A stretch of 64,000 bases of DNA. It comes from Escherichia coli (GTDB taxonomy: Bacteria; Pseudomonadota; Gammaproteobacteria; Enterobacterales; Enterobacteriaceae). The notes under the pieces are model-generated. The model made no database searches. It saw only the letters and a program-made list of their open reading frames with translations, and was not told where the DNA came from. Location of the stretch: the NCBI RefSeq assembly GCF_024298765.1, contig NZ_CP101210.1. One strand, given 5' to 3'. How positions within the stretch are numbered: position 1 is the first letter of the stretch; every line of letters starts with the position of its first letter. Below are positions 1 to 10,764 of the stretch, piece after piece. The position numbers were made by a program, and so were the translations under genes.

Positions 1-21
1 ACGCAGATTGCCAATAACGTG

Positions 22-130
22 CTGCCGGATGATCCTGCCTACGGTTCTGGGCTGGGGACTTGTAAGCCTGATAAGACGCGTCAAGCGTCGTATCAGGCGC
101 TGAATGTCGGATGTGGCGTGCAGCCTACAA
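22..130. repeat. REP/BIME palindromic elements
   Basis: Imperfect palindromes of the GCCTGATAAGACGCG...CGTATCAGGC / GCCGGATG type, characteristic of enterobacterial REP elements; lie downstream of the ygcP stop. Confidence 0.6.
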
Positions 131-163
131 ATCACACAAATTCAACTCGTTACGAGTATCCCG

Positions 164-739
164 TCAAAGCAATTTTTTCGCTAACGTCCAGACCCCGGTA
201 TTCGTGGTGGAAAGCGCCACAACACCCGCGTTAATCGCATTACGCGCATCTTCTTCATCGCACACCAGCCCGCCGGCAATCAGCGGTTGGCGGATTTTCT
301 CCGTCACCCAGCCCAGCACTTTAGGCATACAGCCTGGCAGGATCTCAATACAATCCGGATTCGATTGCGCAACTTGCTTATCAATGTTGTGAAACGAAAT
401 CGAATCAACAATAAACAGGCGATGAATACAGAAAAAACCTTCCGCTCTTGCCGCTTTCAACATTGAGGCTTTGGTACTGATAATGCCGTCCGCCTCAGTC
501 ACCAGTTTCAAAAACTGAATCACCACTTCTTTATTTGACGCGCCTTCCAGCAAATCAACATGAATAAAAGCATATTTTCCGGCATTTTTAATCTTTTTAA
601 CGATTTGACTAATGGTGCAGATATTGCCGTACAACACGGAAATAAACTGGCATTCAGAGTCGATTGCCAGTTGCAGGCTGGCATTATCTTTAACGGCAGC
701 AATCACCGGATTCTGGCGGAGCAGGTGTAAGAGGGGCAT
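164..739 (-). CDS. ygcP: GlpP-like glycerol-3-phosphate responsive antiterminator family protein YgcP
   Basis: 191-aa ORF from track; sequence and length recognised as E. coli YgcP; synteny with ygcN/ygcO. Confidence 0.8.
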   Translation of the reverse strand: MPLLHLLRQNPVIAAVKDNASLQLAIDSECQFISVLYGNICTISQIVKKIKNAGKYAFIHVDLLEGASNKEVVIQFLKLVTEADGIISTKASMLKAARAEGFFCIHRLFIVDSISFHNIDKQVAQSNPDCIEILPGCMPKVLGWVTEKIRQPLIAGGLVCDEEDARNAINAGVVALSTTNTGVWTLAKKLL

Positions 740-755
740 AAATTATCCTTATTAT

Positions 756-1016
756 TTATCCAAAACGGTAGGTGATGCCGAATCCGGAAGGCGGATAGCG
801 CCACTGTTGTAGTGTTGATTCGTCGCACAGCAAACGGCAGGTGCCACACTCCAGGCAGCCGCGATAATCAACGCGTAAGTCACCTTCCGGTGTGAGCGAA
901 AAAAGACCAGCCGGACAAGCGTTAATCAACCGTTGTACCGTCTGACGCTCAACGGAGTCAGCCGGTACAATGTGCGGCGCATCGGCAACGCGCCAGAGAT
1001 TACGGGCTACAGACAT
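756..1016 (-). CDS. ygcO: FixX-like ferredoxin-like protein YgcO
   Basis: Track ORF 756..1052 (98 aa) contains cysteine cluster CLECGTC; likely true start is the internal Met giving 86 aa (MSVARNLW...); start position inferred. Confidence 0.7.
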   Translation of the reverse strand: MSVARNLWRVADAPHIVPADSVERQTVQRLINACPAGLFSLTPEGDLRVDYRGCLECGTCRLLCDESTLQQWRYPPSGFGITYRFG

Positions 1017-2278
1017 CGCAGACTCCTGATAACATCGCCCGCCAGATGCCACAGGCCGTGACGACGTAAATGACGCCAGAATAACTGGCGCAGCGGTGGA
1101 ACAGGTTTATCACCCTGATCCCATAAATCGCGGGAAATATCCTGCATTAACGCAGGCCACGCACGGTACCATCCAGGGCGTTGCAAAAGCGCCGGAACAT
1201 GCTGATAACGTTGTAGAACATCCCATAGCAGGCTGCGCTCGACGTTGTGATGATAAAGCGCAAACAGATTTTGCGGCTCGCGGTGCTGGCAGGCGCTTAT
1301 CAGCGTTTGTGCCGCCGCCTGCGTGCCAGTCAGCGCCATATCCATGCCGCGCACGGAAATTCCGGTATTGACGCAACTGCGCAACGCATCGCCCAGCAGC
1401 AGCCAGCCGTTACCGGCGTATTGCACCGGCATACTGTGCAAGCCACCTTCTGGCACCAGATGCGCACCATACTCCAGTGATTCCGTGTTTTTGATAAGCG
1501 GGCGCACTGCCGGATGCGTTTTAAAGCGAGCCAGCAGCTCGCTTGCCGGAACACGACTTTGCGTAAGGGAAGAGAGCGGGCAAACAATCCCTAACGAGAG
1601 CGTTTGTTGATTAGTATAAAGAAATGCGCCGCCGGGTAAGTCATCACAGATCCCGCCGCTGAACAGCAACGCTGCGCCTTCGTTATTCTCCAGATGAAAA
1701 CGTTCTTCAATAGCGGATGTTTCCAGCGACAGCACTTCTTTGATCCCCAACGCCATCGCTTCGCCAGCAGGACGAGTCACTAACCCGTGACGTTCAGCCA
1801 GGACGCTGTTGGCACCTTCTGCCAGCACCACATAACGGGCGCGAAGAATATCGTCACCACAAATGACACCACACACCCTGCCGTTTTCTTCATACAGTGC
1901 ATCTACCGTCGCACCGGGGATGCATTCGACACCTTCTTTTTCGGCTTCGGCAACCAGCCACGGATCGAATCGTGCACGTAATACACTCCAGGATTCACCG
2001 CCGGGCTGTAAGCTGGAAAACGTCGTTGCGCCATCTGGCGTTAACAGAGAAAGACTTTCGTGAGTGATGCGTCGTTCAAGGGGCGCGGTCAGGTGAAATT
2101 GTGGGAGGAGTTCCGCGAGCGCATGGGTGTATAGCCGCCCGCCGGAAAGATTTTTGCTGCCGGGAATTTCCGCTCGTTCCACTAACAAAACGGATAAACC
2201 CGCTCGCGCGCAGCGTAACGCGCAAGCGGTGCCAGCAATTCCGGCACCGATAATAATAATGTCGCAGTCGTCTTCCAT
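1007..2278 (-). CDS. ygcN: FixC-like FAD-dependent oxidoreductase YgcN
   Basis: Track ORF 1007..2308; N-terminal DIIIIGAGIAG Rossmann FAD motif; likely start at MEDDCD (423 aa). Confidence 0.8.
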   Translation of the reverse strand: MEDDCDIIIIGAGIAGTACALRCARAGLSVLLVERAEIPGSKNLSGGRLYTHALAELLPQFHLTAPLERRITHESLSLLTPDGATTFSSLQPGGESWSVLRARFDPWLVAEAEKEGVECIPGATVDALYEENGRVCGVICGDDILRARYVVLAEGANSVLAERHGLVTRPAGEAMALGIKEVLSLETSAIEERFHLENNEGAALLFSGGICDDLPGGAFLYTNQQTLSLGIVCPLSSLTQSRVPASELLARFKTHPAVRPLIKNTESLEYGAHLVPEGGLHSMPVQYAGNGWLLLGDALRSCVNTGISVRGMDMALTGTQAAAQTLISACQHREPQNLFALYHHNVERSLLWDVLQRYQHVPALLQRPGWYRAWPALMQDISRDLWDQGDKPVPPLRQLFWRHLRRHGLWHLAGDVIRSLRCL

Positions 2279-2355
2279 GTCATGCCCCAGATATCCAGAA
2301 CACAACACCCTAACATAGCGTTACTTAAGGGAAATTGACCGCCGACACACTCTTA

Positions 2356-2721
2356 TCATTCGCCGCGATAGATACAACCTGCGGTGCAGGTTTCTTTTAC
2401 CATCACCGCACTTAACAGCGGCACAACCGGTTTAACTTGATCCCAAATCCATTTTGCTAAAATTTCGCTGGTTGGGTTTTCCAGACCTGGAATATCATTG
2501 AGATAATGGTGATCGAGACGCTCGTAGGTTGGCTTAAACGCCGCTTTCAGTTCAGCGAAATCGATAATCCAGCCCGTATGCGGATCGACTTCCCCGGTAA
2601 TTTCCAGTCGCACCATAAAGGAATGCCCGTGCAGGCGACCACATTTATGCCCTTCCGGGACGTGTGGTAAGCGGTGAGCGGCTTCGAAGGTGAAATCTTT
2701 AAATAACGTGGTGGACATCAT
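2356..2721 (-). CDS. queD: 6-carboxy-5,6,7,8-tetrahydropterin synthase QueD
   Basis: Track ORF 2356..2805; 121-aa core from [18 protein letters not shown] recognised as QueD (PTPS family, CGRLHGHS zinc-binding motif); divergent from cysJ as in E. coli. Confidence 0.85.
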   Translation of the reverse strand: MMSTTLFKDFTFEAAHRLPHVPEGHKCGRLHGHSFMVRLEITGEVDPHTGWIIDFAELKAAFKPTYERLDHHYLNDIPGLENPTSEILAKWIWDQVKPVVPLLSAVMVKETCTAGCIYRGE

Positions 2722-3036
2722 AATTTCTCTACATGACGATAAAACCGCCGTAGAGTACCGGAAAGGCTGTTTTTTCGCATTATCTAAAACGACTTTGTTG
2801 CGCAAAATCGCTGATTTATCTTAATGATTGGCTAAATTCATTTGTTTTTCATTGGGTTGGTTAATCTGTTTTGTTGTTAAAGACTATTGCTAAAACAGGT
2901 TAGTCGATTTGGTTATTAGTTATCGCTATCCCGTCTTTAATCCACACCGTTCACCCCGTTAACCTTACCTTCTCTTCTGTTTTATGGGCGCTGACAGGGC
3001 GCAGAAACAGCTTTGCTTACTGGAACATAACGACGC

Positions 3037-4836
3037 ATGACGACACAGGTCCCACCTTCCGCGTTGCTTCCGTTGAACCCGGAGCAACTGGCACGCCTTC
3101 AGGCGGCCACGACCGATTTAACTCCTACCCAGCTTGCCTGGGTTTCTGGCTATTTCTGGGGCGTGCTCAACCAGCAGCCTGCTGCGCTTGCAGCGACGCC
3201 AGCGCCCGCCGCAGAAATGCCGGGTATAACTATTATCTCCGCTTCGCAAACCGGCAATGCGCGCCGGGTTGCTGAAGCATTACGCGATGATTTATTAGCG
3301 GCAAAACTGAACGTTAAGCTGGTGAACGCGGGCGACTATAAATTCAAACAAATCGCCAGCGAAAAACTGCTCATCGTGGTGACGTCAACGCAAGGGGAAG
3401 GGGAACCGCCGGAAGAAGCCGTCGCGCTGCATAAGTTCCTGTTCTCCAAAAAAGCGCCAAAGCTGGAAAACACTGCATTTGCCGTGTTTAGCCTCGGCGA
3501 TAGCTCTTATGAATTTTTCTGCCAGTCCGGGAAAGATTTTGACAGCAAGCTGGCGGAACTGGGCGGTGAACGCCTGCTCGACCGTGTCGATGCCGACGTT
3601 GAATACCAGGCTGCTGCCATCGAGTGGCGCGCCCGCGTGGTTGATGCGCTTAAATCGCGTGCGCCTGTCACGGCACCTTCGCAATCCGTCGCTACTGGCG
3701 CGGTAAATGAAATCCACACCAGCCCGTACAGCAAAGACGCGCCGCTGGTGGCGAGCCTTTCGGTTAACCAGAAAATTACCGGGCGTAACTCTGAAAAAGA
3801 CGTTCGCCATATCGAAATTGACTTAGGTGACTCTGGCCTGCGTTACCAGCCGGGTGACGCGCTGGGCGTCTGGTATCAGAACGATCCGGCACTGGTGAAA
3901 GAACTTGTCGAACTGCTGTGGCTGAAAGGCGATGAACCTGTCACCGTTGACGGCAAAACGCTGACCCTGAGCGAAGCGCTACAGTGGCACTTTGAACTGA
4001 CCGTCAACACCGCGAATATTGTTGAGAACTACGCCACGCTTACCCGCAGCGAAACGCTGCTGCCGCTGGTGGGCGATAAAGCGAAGTTACAGCATTACGC
4101 CGCGACCACGCCGATTGTTGACATGGTGCGTTTCTCTCCGGCGCAACTGGATGCCGAAGCGCTGATTAACCTGCTGCGCCCGCTGACCCCGCGCCTGTAT
4201 TCCATCGCCTCCTCGCAGGCGGAAGTCGAGAACGAAGTACACGTCACCGTTGGCGTGGTGCGTTACGACGTGGAAGGCCGCGCCCGTGCCGGTGGTGCCT
4301 CCAGCTTCCTTGCGGACCGCGTGGAAGAAGAGGGCGAAGTCCGCGTATTTATCGAACATAACGACAACTTCCGCCTGCCAGCCAACCCAGAAACCCCGGT
4401 GATTATGATTGGCCCAGGCACCGGCATCGCGCCGTTCCGCGCCTTTATGCAGCAACGCGCCGCCGACGAAGCGCCGGGGAAAAACTGGCTGTTCTTTGGC
4501 AACCCGCACTTTACGGAAGATTTCCTCTACCAGGTGGAATGGCAGCGCTACGTCAAAGAGGGCGTGCTGACGCGTATCGATCTTGCCTGGTCGCGCGATC
4601 AAAAAGAAAAAATTTACGTACAAGACAAACTGCGCGAACAGGGCGCGGAGCTGTGGCGCTGGATCAATGACGGTGCCCATATTTATGTCTGCGGCGACGC
4701 TAATCGCATGGCGAAAGACGTTGAGCAGGCACTTCTGGAAGTGATTGCCGAATTTGGTGGCATGGACACCGAAGCGGCGGATGAATTTTTAAGTGAGCTG
4801 CGCGTAGAGCGCCGTTATCAGCGAGATGTCTACTAA
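3037..4836 (+). CDS. cysJ: sulfite reductase [NADPH] flavoprotein alpha subunit
   Basis: 599-aa ORF; recognised CysJ sequence; flavodoxin and FAD/NADPH domains; followed by overlapping cysI (TAATG). Confidence 0.95.
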   Translation: MTTQVPPSALLPLNPEQLARLQAATTDLTPTQLAWVSGYFWGVLNQQPAALAATPAPAAEMPGITIISASQTGNARRVAEALRDDLLAAKLNVKLVNAGDYKFKQIASEKLLIVVTSTQGEGEPPEEAVALHKFLFSKKAPKLENTAFAVFSLGDSSYEFFCQSGKDFDSKLAELGGERLLDRVDADVEYQAAAIEWRARVVDALKSRAPVTAPSQSVATGAVNEIHTSPYSKDAPLVASLSVNQKITGRNSEKDVRHIEIDLGDSGLRYQPGDALGVWYQNDPALVKELVELLWLKGDEPVTVDGKTLTLSEALQWHFELTVNTANIVENYATLTRSETLLPLVGDKAKLQHYAATTPIVDMVRFSPAQLDAEALINLLRPLTPRLYSIASSQAEVENEVHVTVGVVRYDVEGRARAGGASSFLADRVEEEGEVRVFIEHNDNFRLPANPETPVIMIGPGTGIAPFRAFMQQRAADEAPGKNWLFFGNPHFTEDFLYQVEWQRYVKEGVLTRIDLAWSRDQKEKIYVQDKLREQGAELWRWINDGAHIYVCGDANRMAKDVEQALLEVIAEFGGMDTEAADEFLSELRVERRYQRDVY

Positions 4837-6548
4837 TGAGCGAAAAACATCCAGGGCCTTTAGTGGTCGAAGGAAAACTGACAGACGCCGAGCGCATGAA
4901 GCTTGAAAGCAACTACCTGCGCGGCACCATTGCGGAAGATTTAAACGACGGTCTGACCGGCGGCTTTAAGGGCGACAACTTCCTGCTGATCCGCTTCCAC
5001 GGCATGTATCAGCAGGATGACCGCGACATCCGCGCCGAACGTGCTGAACAGAAGCTGGAGCCGCGCCACGCGATGCTGTTGCGCTGCCGTCTGCCGGGTG
5101 GCGTGATCACCACCAAACAGTGGCAGGCGATAGACAAATTTGCCGGTGAAAACACCATCTATGGCAGCATTCGCCTGACCAACCGCCAGACGTTTCAGTT
5201 CCACGGCATTCTGAAAAAGAACGTCAAACCGGTGCACCAGATGCTGCACTCGGTCGGCCTTGATGCGCTGGCGACTGCTAACGACATGAACCGTAACGTA
5301 CTCTGCACCTCGAACCCTTACGAGTCGCAACTGCACGCGGAAGCATATGAATGGGCGAAGAAAATCTCTGAACATCTGCTGCCTCGTACCCGCGCGTATG
5401 CGGAGATCTGGCTCGATCAGGAAAAAGTCGCCACTACTGATGAAGAGCCGATCCTTGGTCAGACCTACCTGCCGCGTAAGTTCAAAACCACGGTAGTGAT
5501 CCCGCCGCAGAACGATATCGATCTGCACGCCAACGACATGAACTTCGTGGCAATCGCCGAAAACGGCAAGCTGGTGGGCTTTAACCTGCTGGTGGGCGGT
5601 GGGCTTTCCATCGAACATGGCAACAAGAAAACCTACGCCCGCACGGCGAGTGAGTTTGGCTATCTGCCGCTGGAGCATACGTTGGCAGTGGCGGAAGCCG
5701 TCGTGACAACTCAGCGTGACTGGGGTAACCGAACCGATCGTAAAAATGCCAAAACCAAATACACGCTGGAGCGCGTAGGGGTTGAGACGTTTAAAGCGGA
5801 AGTTGAACGTCGCGCGGGGATCAAATTCGAGCCGATTCGCCCGTATGAGTTTACCGGACGCGGCGATCGTATTGGCTGGGTTAAGGGCATTGATGATAAC
5901 TGGCACCTGACGCTGTTTATCGAAAATGGTCGCATTCTTGATTATCCGGGACGTCCGCTGAAAACCGGCTTGCTGGAGATCGCGAAGATCCACAAAGGTG
6001 ATTTCCGCATTACGGCGAACCAGAATCTGATCATCGCCGGCGTGCCGGAAAGCGAGAAAGCGAAGATCGAGAAGGTCGCCAAAGAAAGCGGGTTAATGAA
6101 TGCCGTCACGCCGCAGCGTGAAAACTCAATGGCCTGCGTGTCATTCCCGACTTGCCCGCTGGCGATGGCGGAAGCGGAGCGTTTCCTACCGTCTTTTATC
6201 GACAACATCGATAATTTAATGGCGAAACATGGTGTCAGCGATGAGCATATCGTGATGCGTGTAACAGGCTGCCCGAACGGTTGTGGTCGCGCGATGCTGG
6301 CGGAAGTGGGTCTGGTGGGGAAAGCGCCGGGTCGCTACAACCTGCATCTTGGCGGCAACCGCATTGGGACACGTATCCCACGGATGTATAAAGAAAACAT
6401 CACCGAGCCGGAAATCCTGGCGTCGCTTGATGAACTGATAGGGCGCTGGGCGAAAGAGCGCGAAGCGGGTGAAGGCTTCGGCGACTTTACGGTGCGTGCG
6501 GGCATCATTCGCCCGGTGCTCGATCCGGCGCGCGATTTGTGGGATTAA
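4836..6548 (+). CDS. cysI: sulfite reductase hemoprotein beta subunit
   Basis: 570-aa ORF; recognised CysI sequence with siroheme/4Fe-4S cysteine motifs ([19 protein letters not shown]). Confidence 0.95.
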   Translation: MSEKHPGPLVVEGKLTDAERMKLESNYLRGTIAEDLNDGLTGGFKGDNFLLIRFHGMYQQDDRDIRAERAEQKLEPRHAMLLRCRLPGGVITTKQWQAIDKFAGENTIYGSIRLTNRQTFQFHGILKKNVKPVHQMLHSVGLDALATANDMNRNVLCTSNPYESQLHAEAYEWAKKISEHLLPRTRAYAEIWLDQEKVATTDEEPILGQTYLPRKFKTTVVIPPQNDIDLHANDMNFVAIAENGKLVGFNLLVGGGLSIEHGNKKTYARTASEFGYLPLEHTLAVAEAVVTTQRDWGNRTDRKNAKTKYTLERVGVETFKAEVERRAGIKFEPIRPYEFTGRGDRIGWVKGIDDNWHLTLFIENGRILDYPGRPLKTGLLEIAKIHKGDFRITANQNLIIAGVPESEKAKIEKVAKESGLMNAVTPQRENSMACVSFPTCPLAMAEAERFLPSFIDNIDNLMAKHGVSDEHIVMRVTGCPNGCGRAMLAEVGLVGKAPGRYNLHLGGNRIGTRIPRMYKENITEPEILASLDELIGRWAKEREAGEGFGDFTVRAGIIRPVLDPARDLWD

Positions 6549-6564
6549 CCATTAGCCCGGTCTT

Positions 6565-6600
6565 GTAGGCCTGATAAGACGCGTGAGCGTCGCATCAGGC
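6565..6600. repeat. REP palindromic element
   Basis: Palindrome GCCTGATAAGACGCGTGAGCGTCGCATCAGGC in the cysI-cysH intergenic region. Confidence 0.6.
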
Positions 6601-6621
6601 AAGGCAAACAGTGAGGAATCT

Positions 6622-7356
6622 ATGTCCAAACTCGATCTAAACGCCCTGAACGAACTGCCGAAGGTAGATCGCATTCTGGCGCTGGCGGAAACTAACGCCG
6701 AACTGGAAAAACTGGACGCTGAAGGCCGCGTTGCCTGGGCGCTGGATAATCTGCCCGGTGAATATGTACTTTCTTCCAGCTTTGGCATTCAGGCGGCGGT
6801 GAGCCTGCATCTGGTGAATCAGATTCGCCCGGATATTCCGGTGATCCTCACCGATACCGGCTATCTGTTCCCAGAAACCTACCGCTTTATTGACGAGTTA
6901 ACGGACAAACTCAAGCTCAACCTGAAAGTGTACCGCGCTACCGAAAGCGCCGCCTGGCAGGAAGCGCGCTACGGTAAACTGTGGGAGCAGGGTGTTGAGG
7001 GGATTGAGAAGTACAACGAGATCAACAAAGTCGAACCGATGAACCGGGCGCTGAAAGAACTGAATGCGCAAACCTGGTTTGCTGGCCTGCGCCGTGAACA
7101 ATCCGGCAGCCGCGCCAATTTACCGGTGCTGGCAATTCAGCGTGGCGTATTTAAAGTGCTGCCGATTATCGACTGGGATAACCGAACTATTTATCAGTAC
7201 CTGCAAAAACATGGCCTGAAATATCACCCATTATGGGACGAAGGATATTTATCGGTCGGTGATACCCATACAACCCGTAAATGGGAACCCGGCATGGCGG
7301 AAGAAGAAACGCGTTTCTTTGGCTTAAAAAGAGAATGTGGGTTACACGAAGGGTAA
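6622..7356 (+). CDS. cysH: phosphoadenosine phosphosulfate (PAPS) reductase
   Basis: Track ORF 6583..7356; 244-aa protein from [17 protein letters not shown] recognised as CysH; ATG at 6622 preceded by GAGGAA. Confidence 0.9.
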   Translation: MSKLDLNALNELPKVDRILALAETNAELEKLDAEGRVAWALDNLPGEYVLSSSFGIQAAVSLHLVNQIRPDIPVILTDTGYLFPETYRFIDELTDKLKLNLKVYRATESAAWQEARYGKLWEQGVEGIEKYNEINKVEPMNRALKELNAQTWFAGLRREQSGSRANLPVLAIQRGVFKVLPIIDWDNRTIYQYLQKHGLKYHPLWDEGYLSVGDTHTTRKWEPGMAEEETRFFGLKRECGLHEG

Positions 7357-7373
7357 ATATTGCCGGATAAATT

Positions 7374-7410
7374 AAACGCCCCTGTCAGAAATGATGGGGC
7401 GTTTTTATTT
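7374..7410 (+). terminator. Rho-independent terminator after cysH
   Basis: Hairpin AAACGCCCC / GGGGCGTTT followed by a T-run, read directly from the sequence. Confidence 0.6.
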
Positions 7411-7524
7411 TGCGAGCAGCATTCCGGCATTTAAAGGTGAACATCGCAGGGAGAATTAACAGGTATAGAATGGAGTTGGGTGCTTGAGGCTGTCTGGCGT
7501 TAAGCATTCGCGAGGTTCCAGATG

Positions 7525-7582
7525 GACAAAAGCCCCAGGCGATATTTCTATCAACCTGAGGCCAGCGTTCGAACCTAAGCAA
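7525..7582 (-). ncRNA. Sok-like antisense RNA of a hok/sok-type locus (predicted)
   Basis: On the minus strand: candidate -35 TTGCCT (plus 7611-7616) and -10 TAACAT (plus 7588-7593) with 17-bp spacing, then a ~57-nt transcript ending in hairpin GCCUCAGG...CCUGGGGC plus CUUUUGU. Size matches the Sok antisense RNA family; boundaries inferred. Confidence 0.4.
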
Positions 7583-7619
7583 TTCGAATGTTAGTCTCTT
7601 CTTTGCAGGGAGGCAAGAC

Positions 7620-7772
7620 ATGCTGACAAAATATGCCCTTGTGGCAATCATCGTACTGTGTTGTACAGTACTGGGATTCACGCTGATGGTAGGCGACTCG
7701 TTGTGTGAGTTGAGTATCAGAGAACGTGGTATGGAGTTTAAGGCAGTTCTCGCTTACGAATCGAAGAAGTAG
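7620..7772 (+). CDS. Hok/Gef family small membrane toxin (type I toxin)
   Basis: 50-aa ORF below the track length cutoff, read by hand: [50 protein letters not shown]. Hydrophobic N-terminal helix plus the conserved DSLCEL...AYES pattern of Hok family toxins; RBS GGGAGG upstream. Confidence 0.7.
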   Translation: MLTKYALVAIIVLCCTVLGFTLMVGDSLCELSIRERGMEFKAVLAYESKK

Positions 7773-7778
7773 CCACCA

Positions 7779-7798
7779 CGCGGGGGTAAAACCCCGCG
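7779..7798 (+). other. Stable stem-loop at the 3' end of the hok-like mRNA (possible fold-back element)
   Basis: CGCGGGG-TAAAA-CCCCGCG perfect hairpin a few nt after the hok stop codon. Confidence 0.4.
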
Positions 7799-8009
7799 TA
7801 CTGAATTGTGATGGTTTGGTCTCCTGCACCCTTTTTTAATTTATATTGTTTATGTGAATATTATGCCTATGTTTATTATTTATATATATTATGGATGAAA
7901 ATCATTTAATTATTCACAATGTAAATATTTTATTGAAAGATATATGTCACAGATAATTTTTAATATATGCGTGAATATCCTTTAAGTTTTACTGAAGGAT
8001 AAAAATATT

Positions 8010-10667
8010 GTGACTTTCTTTTATTTCTGGGGAAAAACCCGACGCGGCGAGAAAGACGGGGGCGAAGACTATCACCTTCTTTGCTGGCATTCGCTGGATG
8101 TAGCCGCGATGGGCTATTTAATGGTTAAAAGCAATTGCTTCGGACTGGCTGGCTATTTTCGTCAATTAGGTTTCGCTGACACGGAGCTGGCAGCACAATT
8201 TTTCGCCTGGCTGCTGTGCTGGCACGATATTGGAAAATTTGCCCGCTCTTTTCAGCAACTTTACCTGCACCCACAACTCAAGGTTCCGGAAGGCGCAAGA
8301 AAGAATTACGAAAAGATCTCTCATTCAACGCTGGGCTACTGGTTGTGGAACCATTATTTAAGTGAATGTCAGGAGTTGCTTCCTTCATCTTCACTCTCTC
8401 CGCGCAAACTTAAACGGGTGATGGAGATGTGGATGCCCATGACTACCGGGCATCATGGTCGACCCCCTGAGCGTATGGATGAACTGGATAATTTTCTGCC
8501 TGAAGACAAAGGTGCCGCACGAGATTTTCTCCTTGCAATCAAGGTACTGTTTCCGCTCATAGAGATCCCCACATTCTGGGATGATGACGAGGGCGTTGAA
8601 CTTATAAAACAACTTTCCTGGTATATCTCTGCAACCGTCGTACTTGCAGACTGGACGGGATCGTCAACGCGATATTTTCCACGCGTTGCACAGGCAATGG
8701 ATATTGAAGATTACTGGCAGAAAACTTTAGTTCAGGCTCAAAACGCCTTAACCGTCTTTCCTCCAAAAGCAGAAAGCGCGCCTTTCACCGGAATTAATAC
8801 GCTGTTTCCTTTTATTGAGAATCCGACACCGCTACAGCAAAAGGTGCTGGATCTGGATATCAGCCAGCCGGGACCACAGTTATTTATTCTGGAGGATGTA
8901 ACCGGCGCAGGTAAAACAGAAGCGGCGCTTATCCTGGCGCACAGGTTGATGGCTGCGGGGAAAGCGCAGGGTTTGTTTTTTGGCCTGCCAACAATGGCAA
9001 CGGCCAATGCCATGTACGATCGACTGGTCAAAACCTGGCTTGCTTTCTATTCGCCAGAGTCCCGCCCCAGCCTGGTGCTGGCACACAGTGCCCGAACATT
9101 AATGGACCGCTTTAATGAATCACTCTGGTCCGGTGATTTAGTCGGGTCAGAAGAACCGGATGAACAAACGTTCAGTCAGGGATGTGCGGCCTGGTTTGCC
9201 GACAGTAACAAGAAGGCGCTACTGGCTGAAATTGGCGTCGGCACGCTGGATCAGGCGATGATGGCTGTGATGCCGTTCAAACATAATAATCTGCGGCTTC
9301 TGGGACTGAGTAACAAAATCCTGCTGGCTGATGAGATCCATGCCTGTGACGCTTACATGTCATGCATTCTTGAAGGGCTGATCGAGCGGCAGGCGCGTGG
9401 CGGAAACAGCGTCATTTTGCTTTCTGCCACGTTATCTCAACAGCAGCGCGACAAACTCGTCGCCGCCTTTGCGCGTGGTATAGAGGGCCAGCAAGAAGCT
9501 CCGTTGCTGGAAAAGGATGATTACCCCTGGCTGACGCACGTTACGAAATCCGATGTGCATTCACACCGGGTAGCGACGCGCAAAGACGTTGAGCGCAGCG
9601 TGAGTGTGGGTTGGCTTCATAGCGAACAAGAGTGTATTGCGCGTATCGAATCGGCGGTAAGTCAGGGGAAATGTATCGCCTGGATCCGAAATTCTGTCGA
9701 TGACGCCATCCAGGTTCATCGTCAGTTACTTGCCCGCGGCGTCATTCCTGCTTCCAGCCTTTCACTTTTTCATAGCCGCTTTGCTTTTAGCGATCGCCAG
9801 CGAATTGAAACGGAGACGCTGGCACGCTTTGGTAAAGAAGACTGTTCACAGCGTGCCGGAAAAGTCCTCATTTGTACTCAAGTCCTGGAGCAGAGCGTTG
9901 ACTGCGACCTGGACGAAATGATTTCCGACCTTGCCCCTGTTGATTTACTGATCCAGCGGGCGGGGCGATTACAGCGGCATATCCGCGATATTAATGGTCT
10001 GTTAAAGCGTGACGGAAAAGACGAGCGTTCCCCTCCTGAATTTCTGATTCTGGCTCCCGTCTGGGACGACTCTCCGGGTGACGAATGGTTTGGCAGCGCC
10101 ATGCGTAACAGTGCATATGTCTACCCCGATCATGGGCGAATCTGGCTGACGCAGCGTGTGCTGCGTGAGCAAGGCGCTATTCAGATGCCACACGCAGCCC
10201 GGCTTCTTATTGAATCAGTCTACGGTGAAGACGTGGCAATGCCGGAAGGATTTGCCCGCAGTGAGCAGGAGCAAGTGGGCAAATATTACTGCGATCGCGC
10301 AATGGCTAAAAAGTTTGTCCTGAACTTCAAGCCTGGCTATGCCGCCAATATCAACGATTACCTTCCGGAAAAGCTGTCGACACGTCTGGCTGAGGAATCT
10401 GTTTCCCTGTGGCTGGCTACCTGTATTGACGGTGTGGTGAAGCCTTATGCCACCGGTGCTCACGCATGGGAAATGAGCGTTGTCAGAGTGCGTCGAAGCT
10501 GGTGGAAAAAACATCGGGATGAGTTTTCTTTACTGGAAGGGGATGCGTTCAGGCAGTGGTGCATTGAACAGCGGCAAGATCCGGAGATGGCAAACGTGAT
10601 TTTAGTCACCGATGACGAAAGTTGCGGGTATTCGGCTATGGAAGGATTGACTGGCAAGGTTGGTTGA
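8010..10667 (+). CDS. cas3: CRISPR-associated helicase/nuclease Cas3 (type I-E)
   Basis: 885-aa ORF starting at GTG 8010 (AAGGA 10 nt upstream); HD-nuclease-like N-terminus (H..LDVAA, HDIGK) and DEAD/DEAH helicase motifs (GAGKTEAA, DEIH); first gene of the cas operon. Confidence 0.9.
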   Translation: MTFFYFWGKTRRGEKDGGEDYHLLCWHSLDVAAMGYLMVKSNCFGLAGYFRQLGFADTELAAQFFAWLLCWHDIGKFARSFQQLYLHPQLKVPEGARKNYEKISHSTLGYWLWNHYLSECQELLPSSSLSPRKLKRVMEMWMPMTTGHHGRPPERMDELDNFLPEDKGAARDFLLAIKVLFPLIEIPTFWDDDEGVELIKQLSWYISATVVLADWTGSSTRYFPRVAQAMDIEDYWQKTLVQAQNALTVFPPKAESAPFTGINTLFPFIENPTPLQQKVLDLDISQPGPQLFILEDVTGAGKTEAALILAHRLMAAGKAQGLFFGLPTMATANAMYDRLVKTWLAFYSPESRPSLVLAHSARTLMDRFNESLWSGDLVGSEEPDEQTFSQGCAAWFADSNKKALLAEIGVGTLDQAMMAVMPFKHNNLRLLGLSNKILLADEIHACDAYMSCILEGLIERQARGGNSVILLSATLSQQQRDKLVAAFARGIEGQQEAPLLEKDDYPWLTHVTKSDVHSHRVATRKDVERSVSVGWLHSEQECIARIESAVSQGKCIAWIRNSVDDAIQVHRQLLARGVIPASSLSLFHSRFAFSDRQRIETETLARFGKEDCSQRAGKVLICTQVLEQSVDCDLDEMISDLAPVDLLIQRAGRLQRHIRDINGLLKRDGKDERSPPEFLILAPVWDDSPGDEWFGSAMRNSAYVYPDHGRIWLTQRVLREQGAIQMPHAARLLIESVYGEDVAMPEGFARSEQEQVGKYYCDRAMAKKFVLNFKPGYAANINDYLPEKLSTRLAEESVSLWLATCIDGVVKPYATGAHAWEMSVVRVRRSWWKKHRDEFSLLEGDAFRQWCIEQRQDPEMANVILVTDDESCGYSAMEGLTGKVG

Positions 10668-10764
10668 GATGCCTGCGACAGGGCTCTCTGAATAGTTGAT
10701 ACACAGAAAAAGATGGAAGGATGGACAACCGGCCAGGGATGGTCTTTTTTACGAGAGGATGCGT

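Noticed and set aside
19-234. Plus-strand ORF at the window start running through the REP elements; possible 3' end of an upstream gene (ygcQ-like) in another frame ending at 13-15
   Set aside because: The open frame spans palindromic REP sequence and overlaps the ygcP 3' end; too little sequence at the window edge to call a partial gene.
4941-5993. Long antisense ORFs inside known genes (e.g. 350 aa opposite cysI; 477 aa at 52470..53903 opposite hycE; 241 aa at 30676..31401 opposite ecdC; 193 aa at 30066..30647)
   Set aside because: They lie wholly opposite highly conserved coding sequences and have no RBS or recognisable domain; typical GC-rich antisense open frames.
7385-7829. Track ORFs 7385..7681 (-) and 7575..7829 (-) in the cysH-cas3 intergenic region
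   Set aside because: They overlap the hok-like toxin gene and the predicted antisense RNA on the wrong strand and have no supporting signals; the hok/sok interpretation explains the region better.
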